A DNA stretch of 64,000 bases, taken from assembly GCA_964016885.1 (NCBI GenBank), contig OZ024740.1, forward strand, positions 431,768,001-431,832,000, read 5' to 3'. Source of the stretch: Eledone cirrhosa. Lineage: Eukaryota. The position numbers were made by a program, and so were the translations under genes. Numbering within the stretch: position 1 is the first letter of the stretch; every line of letters begins with the position of its first letter. Below, one piece after another: positions 1 to 11,100 of the stretch. The notes below the pieces were generated by a model. The model had not been told where the DNA came from. It searched no databases and worked only from the letters and a program-made list of their open reading frames with translations.

Positions 1-3000
1 TCCAATGACCATGGTCAGTTGTATCTATCAATACATCCCATGTCTTGAGACACATGAGGCAGCCAAAGTGTTCCAATGACCATGGTCAGTTACATCTATC
101 AATACATCCCATGTCTTGAGACACATGGGGCAGCGAAAGTCTTCAAATGACCACGGTCAGTTACATCTATCAATACATCCCATGTCTTGAGACACATGAG
201 ACAACCAAAGTGTTCCAATGACCATGGTCAGTTACATCTATCAATACATCCCATGTCTTGAGACACATGAGGCAGCCAAAGTGTTCCAATGACCACGGTC
301 AGTTACATCTATCAATACATCCCATGTCTTGAGACACAAGAGGCAGCCAAAGTGTTCCAATCACCATGGTCAGTTCGATCTATCAATACATCCCATGTCT
401 TGAGACACATGACGCAGCCAAAGTGTTCCAATGACCACGGTCAGTTACATCTATCAATACATCCCATGTCTTGAGACACATGAGGCAGCCAAAGTGTTCC
501 AATCACCACAGTCAGTTACATCTATCAATACATCCCATGTCTTGAGACACATGAGGCAGCCAAAGTGTTCCAATGACCACGGTCAGTTACATCTATCAAT
601 ACATCCCATGTCTTGAGACACAAGAGGCAGCCAAAGTGTTCCAATCACCATGGTCAGTTCGATCTATCAATACATCCCATGTCTTGAGACACATGACGCA
701 GCCAAAGTGTTCCAATGACCACGGTCAGTTACATCTATCAATACATCCCATGTCTTGAGACACATGAGACAACCAAAGTGTTCCAATGACCATGGTCAGT
801 TACATCTATCAATACATGCCATGTCTTGAGACACATGAGACAACCAAAGTGTTCCAATGACCATGGTCAGTTACATCTATCAATACATCCCATGTCTTGA
901 GACACATGAGACAACCAAAGGGCTCCAATGACCATGGTCAGTTACATCTGTCAATACATCCCATCCCTTGAGATACATGAGGCAGCCAAAGTGTTCCAAT
1001 GACCATGGTCAGTTACATCTATCAATACATCCCATGTCTTGAGTCACATGAGGCAGCCAAAGTGTTCCAATGACCATGGTCAGTTACATCTATCAATACA
1101 TCCCATGTCTTGAGACACATGAGGCAGCCAAAGTGTTCCAATGACCATGGTCAGTTACATCTATCAATACATCCCATGTCTTGAGACACATGAGACAGCC
1201 AAACTGTTCCAATGACCACGGTCAGTTACATCTATCAATACATCCCATGTCTTGAGACACATGAGACAACCAAAGTGTTCCAATGACCATGGTCAGTTAC
1301 ATCTATCAATACATGCCATGTCTTGAGACACATGAGACAACCAAAGTGTTCCAATGACCACGGTCAGTTACATCTATCAATACATCCCATGTCTTGAGAC
1401 ACATGAGGCAGCCAAAGTGTTCCAATGACCACGGTCAGTTACATCTATCAATACATCCCATGTCTTGAGACACATGAGACAACCAAAGTGTTCCAATGAC
1501 CACGGTCAGTTACATCTATCAATACATGCCATGTCTTGAGACACATGAGGCAGCCAAAGTGTTCCAATGACCATGGTCAGTTACATCTATCAATACATCC
1601 CATGTCTTGAGACACATGAGACAACCAAAGTGTTCCAATGACCACGGTCAGTTACATCTATCAATACATCCCATGTCTTGAGACACATGAGGCAGCCAAA
1701 GTGTTCCAATGACCACGGTCAGTTACATCTATCAATACATCCCATGTCTTGAGACACATGAGACAACCAAAGTGTTCCAATGACCATGGTCAGTTACATC
1801 TATCAATACATCCCATGTCTTGAGACACATGAGACAACCAACGTGTTCCAATGACCACGGTCAGTTACATCTATCAATACATCCCATGTCTTGAGACACA
1901 TGAGGCAGCCAAAGTGTTCCAATGACCACGGTCAGTTACATCTATCAATACATCCCATGTCTTGAGACACATGAGACAACCAAAGTGTTCCAATGACCAT
2001 GGTCAGTTACATCTATCAATACATCCCATGTCTTGAGACACATGAGGCAGCCAAAGTGTTCCAATGACCACGGTCAGTTACATCTATCAATACATCCCAT
2101 GTCTTGAGACACATGATGCAGCCAAAGTGTTCCACTGACCATGGTCAGTTGTATCTATCAATACATCCCATGTCTTGAGACACATGATGCAGCCAAAGTG
2201 TTCCAATGACCATGGTCAGTTACATCTATCAATACATCCCATGTCTTGAGACACATGAGGCAGCCAAAGTGTTCCAATGACCACGGTCAGTTACATCTAT
2301 CAATACATCCCATGTCTTGAGACACATGAGGCAGCCAAAGTGTTCCAATGACCATGGTCAGTTACATCTATCGATACATCCCATGTCTTGACACATGAGA
2401 CAACCAAAGTGCTCCAATGACCACGGTCAGTTACATCTGTCAATACATCCCATCCCTTGAGACACATGAGGCAGCCAAAGTGTTCCAATGACCATGGTCA
2501 GTTGTATCTATCAATACATCCCATGTCTTGAGACTCATGGGGCAGCGAAAGTCTTCAAATGACCACGGTCAGTTACATCTATCAATACATCCCATGTCTT
2601 GAGACACAAGAGGCAGCCAAAGTGTTCCAATTACCATGGTCAATTCGATCTATCAATACATCCCATGTCTTGAGACACAAGAGACAGCCAAAGTGTTCCA
2701 ATGACCACGGTCAATTCGATCTATCAATACATCCCATGTCTTGAGACACATGAGACAGCCAAAGTGTTCCAATGACCACGGTCAGTTACATCTATCAATA
2801 CATCCCATGTCTTGAGACACAAGAGACAGCCAAAGTGTTCCAATGACCACGGTCAATTCGATCTATCAATACATCCCATGTCTTGAGACACATGAGACAG
2901 CCAAAGTGTTCCAATGACCACGGTCAGTTGTATCTAACAATACATTCCATGTCTTGAGACACATGAGACAGCCAAAGTGTTCCAATGACCATGGTCAGTT

Positions 3001-3168
3001 ACATCTATTAATACATCCCATGTCTTGAGACACATGAGGCAGCCAAAGTGTTCCAATGACCACGCTCAGTTACATCTATCAATACATCCCATGTCTTGAG
3101 ACACATGAGACAGCCAAAGTGCTCCAATGACCATTGTCAGTTGTATCTATCAATACATCCCATGTCTT
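1..3168. repeat. 71-bp tandem satellite, about 44 copies, runs off the left edge
   Basis: Unit TCCAATGACCATGGTCAGTTACATCTATCAATACATCCCATGTCTTGAGACACATGAGGCAGCCAAAGTGT. Near-identical ORFs recur every 142 nt (2 x 71). Confidence 0.97.
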
Positions 3169-3855
3169 AATAGATGTAATTGGACAATTACATCTACCAA
3201 TACATCATTCAAACTTCTGTTGAAAGGTTTCAGGTCTATCAACAGTTCAACTTAAGACATCCTCTGCACCTCTTTCCATGGGAGAGGGGTACCAATACAG
3301 TTACGAAAGTGTATAATTATGGTTAACAGAAGAGTTCATGGAAATCCTTTTTGGGTGGCCACCCAATCTTCTGTTTTAAGTAACCATCCATGATAGCACA
3401 AGGAACTATGTCAATGTTTGAAGCAAGTGTCACGTCTAATTCCAACTGGCCCTGCTTCATCACACTAGTCATTCAAATAATGGAGGTTGTCATAAGACAT
3501 AGGCACCAGATCCTTTTTAATTTGTTGTTTATTTCTAAGACAACCATAATTTAGTATATCTTAGACTACATCATCAAATATTGCCCCCTTTTTTTTTTAA
3601 GACAACAGGTTGTGCTCTGAACTAATTTTAGCAGGTCAAGTGACCATATAGAAACTCAACCACTGTCAATTATTTAGAAGTAAAAAAGAGTAACAAGTTT
3701 TGTTGAGACTAACAACCTAATAGTTGTAATACTATGAGTGGCCCAGAAGGAAGAAACTCAACTGATGTGTATGTTTTTATTAGCAGTATGACCATCCCAA
3801 AGTATAGGAGTGACACAAATATTTTAAAATATAGAATATTTTTCGTTTTACTAAC

Positions 3856-3960
3856 TTTAGTTACAGGATAAGATGTTGCAGTCTTGTTAAGTTTTGTGAA
3901 GGTCACATGATGTTGTCCAACCAATGTAACAGTCTCACCGGAATCTTGTACTACTAAAGC
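3856..3960 (-). CDS. TRAPPC8: TRAPPC8 exon: ALVVQDSGETVTLVGQHHVTFTKLNKTATSYPVTK (gene continues beyond the left edge)
   Basis: Acceptor TTCTCTCAG|. Probable donor AAA|GTTAGT, exact donor less certain. A.VV.DS......GQHHV motif is conserved in TRAPPC8. Confidence 0.88.
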
Positions 3961-4507
3961 CTGAGAGAAAGACAGGAAGAATGAAATATATATTTGTATA
4001 TATTGTAGAGAGAAAGAGGACATATAAAATATATATAATATAGAGAGACAGGACATATATAATATATATTTATAATGTACTACTAAAGCCTAAGAGAAAG
4101 ATAGGAAGAATAAAAGAACATATATTTATAATGTAGAGAGGACAAATAAAAGAATATATAGTTAATATGTACTGAGTAGTTAGCTAATTAAAGATGTTGA
4201 GGACATGTCTATTAAATCTCTAAATTACACCAGTAATACATATAACAAAATAAGAGATAACAGTAAAAAATGATCAATTTATCTGATCTTAGAGTAAAAA
4301 ACCCTTTCAATGTTTCAGATATTGTCTCCCTGGAGACTTGAGAGTACTTATACTTGCAGAAAATCACTCCGAGGGTGATATTTTTGCTAGTTTTATATAA
4401 GAACCATATACTAAGTTACTATCACGATAATAAAATAATTAGTAATTTTAGTAAATCCCTAACAACCCTTCATTAATTGAGAGAGTTAATTATTAAACAG
4501 TACTTAC

Positions 4508-4687
4508 CTGCCATAAAATAATTAAGGTCAAATTCACTTCAATGGCAGTATCAAGGTCACTGAATTTGGAATGCTTATTATTATTATTATTATGTGAATA
4601 ACTGGATGTTAAACTGGAGTGCTGATCATAATTCTGTGTGCATGATTTGTAATAAAAATCCGAGCAAGGTGTCTTGGAACTTTTAAT
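4508..4687 (-). CDS. TRAPPC8: TRAPPC8 exon: IKSSKTPCSDFYYKS...DTAIEVNLTLIILWQ
   Basis: Acceptor TTTTAG|, donor CAG|GTAAGT. 180 nt. Matches I.SS.SPC.DF.Y.S and EV.L...ILW of TRAPPC8. Confidence 0.92.
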
Positions 4688-5257
4688 CTAAAACAGAGAA
4701 ATAAAAGTGACAAAAACATCAAATATAGTATGGTGGGATGAAATAAAACATTAAGTCACAGTTATAGAAGAAATATTTGTGTTTGTCATCTATAAGAGAG
4801 GTGTTTGTTGGTTGGTCTCTTCACACAAATATATTTGTGGTTGTCATTTGTGAGAATTCAACTAAGAAAATATTTTATATAGTCACCCACCTATTTGTAA
4901 GTTCTAAGGAGTAAATTAGGTGTTACACATGTAAATATTTAGGTCATAATTTAGTATTTTATATGTAATCTACAATATTGTTGTAGCTGATGAGCGAGTC
5001 TGTGGAGAGATAATAGGTTTAACAGTGAACTGTTTTGGTTTACTTATATTAAATCATCTAGCTAGTCTTTACAATAGTTTCAGTGCATTCTTTCATGGAA
5101 CATTTTCTATAATAGCCTTAAAATAGATTTTGTTGACAATGTACAAATGTATGAAAGAAATAATGCATATCAAACTTGTTATGTAAATATTTTAAATTAA
5201 TTTCAAGAAGAAAAAAAGGTGAAGAGAAACAAAATTTTATTGTAATATCAAACTTAC

Positions 5258-5316
5258 TTTTGTTTCATTAAAATGGGTATTGCTAAAATACACCTTTCGA
5301 GGTTTTTCTGATTCAC
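5258..5316 (-). CDS. TRAPPC8: TRAPPC8 exon: GESEKPRKVYFSNTHFNETK
   Basis: Acceptor TTTTAG|, donor |GTAAGT. 59 nt, phase 1 to 0, closes the reading frame between its neighbours. Confidence 0.8.
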
Positions 5317-5466
5317 CTAAAACAAGGAATAAAACACAACATAAGTAAAAAATAGGCCTTCCTCTTCAGGGCTAGGAAATACTTCAAAAATAGGCCTTCC
5401 TCTTCAGTCCCTAATAGCTACTAACCCTCTATAATGCCCACATGACAATAGAATACTGCTCTCACA

Positions 5467-5945
5467 TTTACTTCTATTAAACCAACCCACCTCTTAGCCA
5501 CCCTTACTTCTATTAAACCAACCCACCTCTTATCCACCCTTACTTCTATTAAACCAACCCACCTCTTATCCACCGTTACTTCTATTAAACCAACCCACCC
5601 CCTACCACCCCACCCCGTATCCACCCTTCTATTAAACCAACCCACCTCTTATCCACCCTTACCTCTATTAAACCAACCCACCCCGTATCCACTCTTCTAT
5701 GAGACCAACCCACCCTTTATCCACCCTTACTTCTATTAAACCAACCCACCTCTTATCCACCCTTACTTCTATTAAACCAACCCACCCTTTATCCACCCTT
5801 CTATTAAACCAACCCACCTCTTATCCACCCTTACTTCTATTAAACCAACCCACCTCTTATCCTCCCTTCTATTAAACCAACCCACCCCTTATCCACCCTT
5901 ACTTCTATTAACCAACCCACCTATTATCCACCCCTGCTTCTATGA
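5467..5945. repeat. About 36-bp minisatellite (with 31-bp variants), about 13 copies
   Basis: Unit CCTTACTTCTATTAAACCAACCCACCTCTTATCCAC. Gives the 12-aa period WVGLIEVRVDKR in the ORF track. Confidence 0.92.
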
Positions 5946-6201
5946 CCCCCCCCCACACACACACACTTTAAAGACGTACTATTAAAATTAAATCTTTCAA
6001 CCTAATTAAATAATATGTAAGGTTACAATCTTAATACACCCTGCTCCCAAATTCTTCAGGAATTAATTGAAATGGAGTGTAATTTAATGAAAATATATTA
6101 AAAGGGTGAACAACTTGTCTGAGATATTTAAACAGTTTATATCTAAAAGAAAAAGTTAAATGAAGAAATCCATAAAGTAGGCTGCTCCTGCAAAGATATA
6201 C

Positions 6202-6276
6202 CTTCACAACAGGTTGCTCTCTTGCCTGTTGCTTTTAAACACATTTGTAATGTTTCACGGTTATGAAGGAGTAAGT
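6202..6276 (-). CDS. TRAPPC8: TRAPPC8 exon: DLLLHNRETLQMCLKATGKRATCCE
   Basis: Acceptor TTTCAG|, donor AAG|GTATAT. 75 nt, phase 1/1. Resembles the L..RE....C.KA segment. Confidence 0.82.
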
Positions 6277-6359
6277 CTGAAAAACAGGGACAGAAACAGA
6301 TATTTCTATAATAGTCAAAACAATGGAATTGAAATATGAATTATATACAATAGATTTTA

Positions 6360-6938
6360 TGGTTGGTGGTGGTGGTGATGGTGATGATGGTGGTGGTTGT
6401 GATGGTAGTAGTGGTGGTGGTGGTGATGGTGATAGTAGTGGTGGTGGTGGTGATGGTGATAGTAGTGGTAGTGGTGGTGGCGGTGGTGGTAGTGGTGGTG
6501 ATGGGGGTGGGGGTGGTAAAGGTAGTGGTGGTGGTGGTGATGATGGTAGTGGTGGTGGTGGTGATGATGGTAGTGGTGGTGATGGTAGTGATGGTGGTGG
6601 TGGTGATGGTGGTGGTGATGGTAGTGGTGGTGGTGGTAGTGGTGGTGGTGGTAGTGATGGTGGTGGTAGTGATGGTGGTGGTTGTGATGGTAGTGGTGGT
6701 GGTAGTGATGGTAGTGGTGGTGGTGGTGGTGGTTGTGATGGTAGTGGTGGTGGTGATGGTAGTGGGGGTGGTGGTAGTGGTAGTGGTGATGGTCATGATG
6801 GTGGTGGTGGTGGTGGTAGTGGTAGTAGTGGTGGTGGTGATGGTCATGATGGTGGTGGTGGTGGTGGTAGTGATGGTCATGATGGTGGTGGTGGTGGTGG
6901 TGGTGGTAGTGGTAGTGGTCATGATGGTGGTGGTGATG
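6360..6938. repeat. Compound (GGT/GAT/AGT)n trinucleotide microsatellite
   Basis: Directly visible. Produces poly-G, poly-V, poly-T and poly-H pseudo-ORFs in four frames. Confidence 0.97.
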
Positions 6939-7168
6939 TATATTCATAGTAAAGGTTTTATCTCACATAATATCAAATCTACGAGATTTTGATGATGTTA
7001 TTTTATATTTTGAGAACAATACCTTAACATCAGTATGAGCAACTGGTTAGAACAAGGTAAGAGAGTTCTGGCCAGATGAGGCTGCTTTAAATACTAATGG
7101 GTTAAACAAAAACAAAAAAATATCAATCATTCCAAACTATATTGATTATATTGAAAGGTATATGTTAC

Positions 7169-7271
7169 CTGTATTCTTTTGAGTGCTGAGGTAGTTGACA
7201 GACCAGTTTGTACTTGCACATGACATCTGCCTTATTTGGATTGTTTTTAAATGAGGGGCTTTCGTCTGGCC
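7169..7271 (-). CDS. TRAPPC8: TRAPPC8 exon: GQTKAPHLKTIQIRQMSCASTNWSVNYLSTQKNT
   Basis: Acceptor TGTAG|, donor CAG|GTAACA. 103 nt, phase 0 to 1. I.Q.S..S..W motif. Confidence 0.85.
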
Positions 7272-7319
7272 CTACAAATGAAATCAACATTTTAAATTTG
7301 GATTTATTCACACTTACTC

Positions 7320-7391
7320 AGTTGGATCTTTCTTGGTAATCCCATATATATAGCATGGAAACATGGACATTAAATGATGATGATGATGATG
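7320..7391 (+). mobile_element. Short degenerate RTE-type 3' end with (GAT)n tail
   Basis: AGCATGGAAACATGGACATTAAATGATGATGATG resembles the LINE terminus AGCGTGGAACACGGACGTTAAACGTTGATGATG at 46318-46369. Confidence 0.65.
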
Positions 7392-8183
7392 GTAGCAAAA
7401 ACTGAACAACAAAGACTAGTGTTCCATGGGAGGAGCAGAAAATAATTCAACTCACATCAATTGCTTACATTCTGCAAGGCTCTGAAATGTAGCCACACAC
7501 ACACACACACATATATATTTAAAAACATCAAAATAACGTTGCTTGACTGATTTGTTAAGACTCCCAAAATACTACGTCTGACACACACGTCTCTTTACTG
7601 TCCCTTTTATCATTAACATTACAGCTACTTCTCATTTGAACCAACTAGTGACATGCCACATACACACAAGCCCAGTCTACACATTCATTTTCCCACTCAA
7701 GCCCACCTTCATTTAATGCTTGATTATCCCATCTACTATATTACACTAACCATCAAACCAAATCTTTACATCCCAGATGTCAATATCAATTCTTTGAAAC
7801 CCCCTCTGCTTCCCCACCTATGTTTTTATTGTAAACATTTTACAGAGGTTCAAACTGAACATCAGCCATATCAATCCCAGTAAACTTAGAGAACCTACAG
7901 TTTTTCAGGGACCCTGACTATTTTCCCTTACTAAACTGTCAAAATAAAAAGACTGACTACACAATAAATAATATTGGAGAACTTGACTTTACTGTTTACT
8001 TTCAACTGTTTAAAAGTGAAGTGGGAATGGAATGTAGTTTTAGATGGGATTCCCTATTGTTGTAGAGGTTGGGATTCCCTATAGTTGTAGAGGTATGACT
8101 TGTGGTCTTCAATCCACAATCTCACATCAATAAATTGATTAAGAGGATCCTGAGTGTGATGAAGGAGAAGACAAAAGATTGCA

Positions 8184-11100
8184 ATGATTAGTGACATCAG
8201 GTGCTGCAGAAGACCCCTTCAAGCTGTACAAGTGTGGGGTCTGTGATGATTAGTGACATCAGGTGCTGCAGAAGACCCCATCAAGCTGTACAAGTGTGGG
8301 GTCTGTGATGATAAGTGATATCAGGTGCTGCAGAAGACCCCATCAAGCTGTACAAGTGTGGGGTCTGTGATGATTAGTGACATCAGGTGCTGCAGAAGAC
8401 CCCTTCAAGCTGTGCAAGTGTGGGGTCTGTGATGATTAGTGACATCAGGTGCTGCAGAAGACCCCATCAAGCGGTACAAGTGTAGGGTCTGTGATGATAA
8501 GTGATATCAGGTGCTGGAGAAGACCCCTTCAAGCTGTGCAAGTGTGGGGTCTGTGATGATTAGTGACATCAGGTACTGGAGAAGACCCCTTCAAGCTGTG
8601 CAAGTGTGGGGTCTGTGATGATTAGTGACATCAGGTGCTGCAGAAGACCCCATCAAGCTGTGCAAGTGTGGGGTCTGTGATGATTAGTGACATCAGGTGC
8701 TGGAGAAGACCCCTTCAAGCTGTGCAAGTGTGGGGTCTGTGGTGATTAGTGACATCAGGTGCTGGAGAAGACCCCTTCAAGCTGTGCAAGTGTGGGGTCT
8801 GTGTGGATTAGTGACATCAGGTGCTGCAGAAGACCCCTTCAAGCTGTGCAAGTGTGGGGTCTGTGATGATTAGTGACATCAGGTGCTGGAGAAGACCCCT
8901 TCAAGCTGTGCAAGTGTGGGGTCTGTGGTGATTAGTGACATCAGGTGCTGGAGAAGACCCCTTCAAGCTGTACAAGTGTGGGGTCTGTGATGATTAGTGA
9001 CATCAGGTGCTGGAGAAGATCCCTTCAAGCTGTGCAAGTGTGGGGTCTGTGTGGATTAGTGACATCAGGTGCTGGAGAAGACCCCTTCAAGCTGTACAAG
9101 TGTAGGGGTCTGTGTGGATTAGTGACATCAGGTGCTGGAGAAGACCCCTTCAAGCTGTGCAAGTGTGGGGTCTCTGATGATTAGTGACATCAGGTGCTGG
9201 AGAAGATCCCTTCAAGCTGTGCAAGTGTGGGGTCTATGATGATTAGTGACATCAGGTGCTGGAGAAGATCCCTTCAAGCTGTGCAAGTGTAGGGGTCTGT
9301 GATGATTAGTGACATCAGGTACTGGAGAAGACCCCATCAAGCTGTACAAGTGTGGGGTCTGTGTGGATTAGTGACATCAAGAACTGGAGAAGACCCCTTC
9401 AAGCTGTGCAAGTGTGGGGTCTGTGATGATTAGTGACATCAGTTGCTGGAGAAGACCCCTTCAAGCTGTGCAAGTGTGGGGTCTGTGATGATTAGTGACA
9501 TCAGGTGCTGGAGAAGACCCCTTCAAGCTGTGCAAGTGTGGGGTCTGTGATGATTAGTGACATCAGTTGCTGGAGAAGACCCCTTCAAGCTGTGCAAGTG
9601 TGGGGTCTGTGTGGATTAGTGACATCAGTTGCTGGAGAAGATCCCTTCAAGCTGTACAAGTGTGGGGTCTGTGATGATTAGTGACATCAGGTGCTGGAGA
9701 AGACCCCTTCAAGCTGTACAAGTGTGGGGTCTGTGATGATTAGTGACATCAGGTGCTGGAGAAGACCCCTTCAAGCTGTGCAAGTGTGGGGTCTGTGATG
9801 ATTAGTGACATCAGGTGCTGGAGAAGACCCCTTCAAGCTGTACAAGTGTGGGGTCTGTGATGATTAGTGACATCAGGTGCTGGAGAAGACCCCTTCAAGC
9901 TGTGCAAGTGTGGGGTCTGTGATGATTAGTGACATCAGGTGCTGGAGAAGACCCCTTCAAGCTGTACAAGTGTGGGGTCTGTGATGATTAGTGACATCAG
10001 GTGCTGGAGAAGACCCCTTCAAGCTGTACAAGTGTGGGGTCTGTGATGATTAGTGACATCAGGTGCTGGAGAAGACCCCTTCAAGCTGTACAAGTGTGGG
10101 GTCTGTGATGATTAGTGACATCAGGTGCTGGAGAAGACCCCTTCAAGCTGTGCAAGTGTGGGGTCTGTGATGATTAGTGACATCAGGTGCTGGAGAAGAT
10201 CCCTTCAAGCTGTGCAAGTGTAGGGGTCTGTGATGATTAGTGACATCAGGTACTGGAGAAGACCCCTTCAAGCTAGCAAGTATGGGGTCTGTGTGGATTA
10301 GTGGCATCAGGTGCTGGAGAAGATCCCATCAAGCTGTACAAGTGTAGGGGTCTGTGATGATTAGTGACATCAGGTGCTGAAGAAGACCCCTTCAAGCTGT
10401 GCAAGTGTGGGGTCTTTGATGATTAGTGACATCAGGTGCTGAAGAAGACCCCTTCAAGCTGTGCAAGTGTGGGGTCTGTGATGATTAGTGACATCAGTTG
10501 CTGGAGAAGACCCCTTCAAGCTGTGCAAGTGTGGGGTCTGTGATGATTAGTGACATCAGGTGCTGGAGAAGACCCCTTCAAGCTGTGCAAGTGTGGGGTC
10601 TGTGTGGATTAGTGACATCAGGTGCTGGAGAAGACCCCTTCAAGCTGTACAAGTGTGGGGTCTGTGATGATTAGTGACATCAGGTGCTGGAGAAGACCCC
10701 TTCAAGCTGTACAAGTGTAGGGTCTGTGATGATTAGTGACATCAGGTGCTGGAGAAGACCCCTTCAAGCTGTGCAAGTGTGGGGTCTGTGATGATTAGTG
10801 ACATCAGGTGCTGGAGAAGACCCCTTCAAGCTGTACAAGTGTGGGGTCTGTGATGATTAGTGACATCAGGTGCTGGAGAAGATCCCTTCAAGCTGTGCAA
10901 GTGTGGGGTCTGTGTGGATTAGTGACATCAGGTGCTGGAGAAGACCCCTTCAAGCTGTACAAGTGTAGGGGTCTGTGTGGATTAGTGACATCAGGTGCTG
11001 GAGAAGACCCCTTCAAGCTGTGCAAGTGTGGGGTCTCTGATGATTAGTGACATCAGGTGCTGGAGAAGATCCCTTCAAGCTGTGCAAGTGTGGGGTCTAT

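Noticed and set aside
4575-4593. Poly-Asn (AAT)5 in a TRAPPC8 exon
   Set aside because: A short microsatellite in a poorly conserved loop, which is ordinary.
6323-6992. Gly-, His-, Thr- or Val-rich proteins
   Set aside because: A trinucleotide microsatellite open in several frames on both strands, located in an intron.
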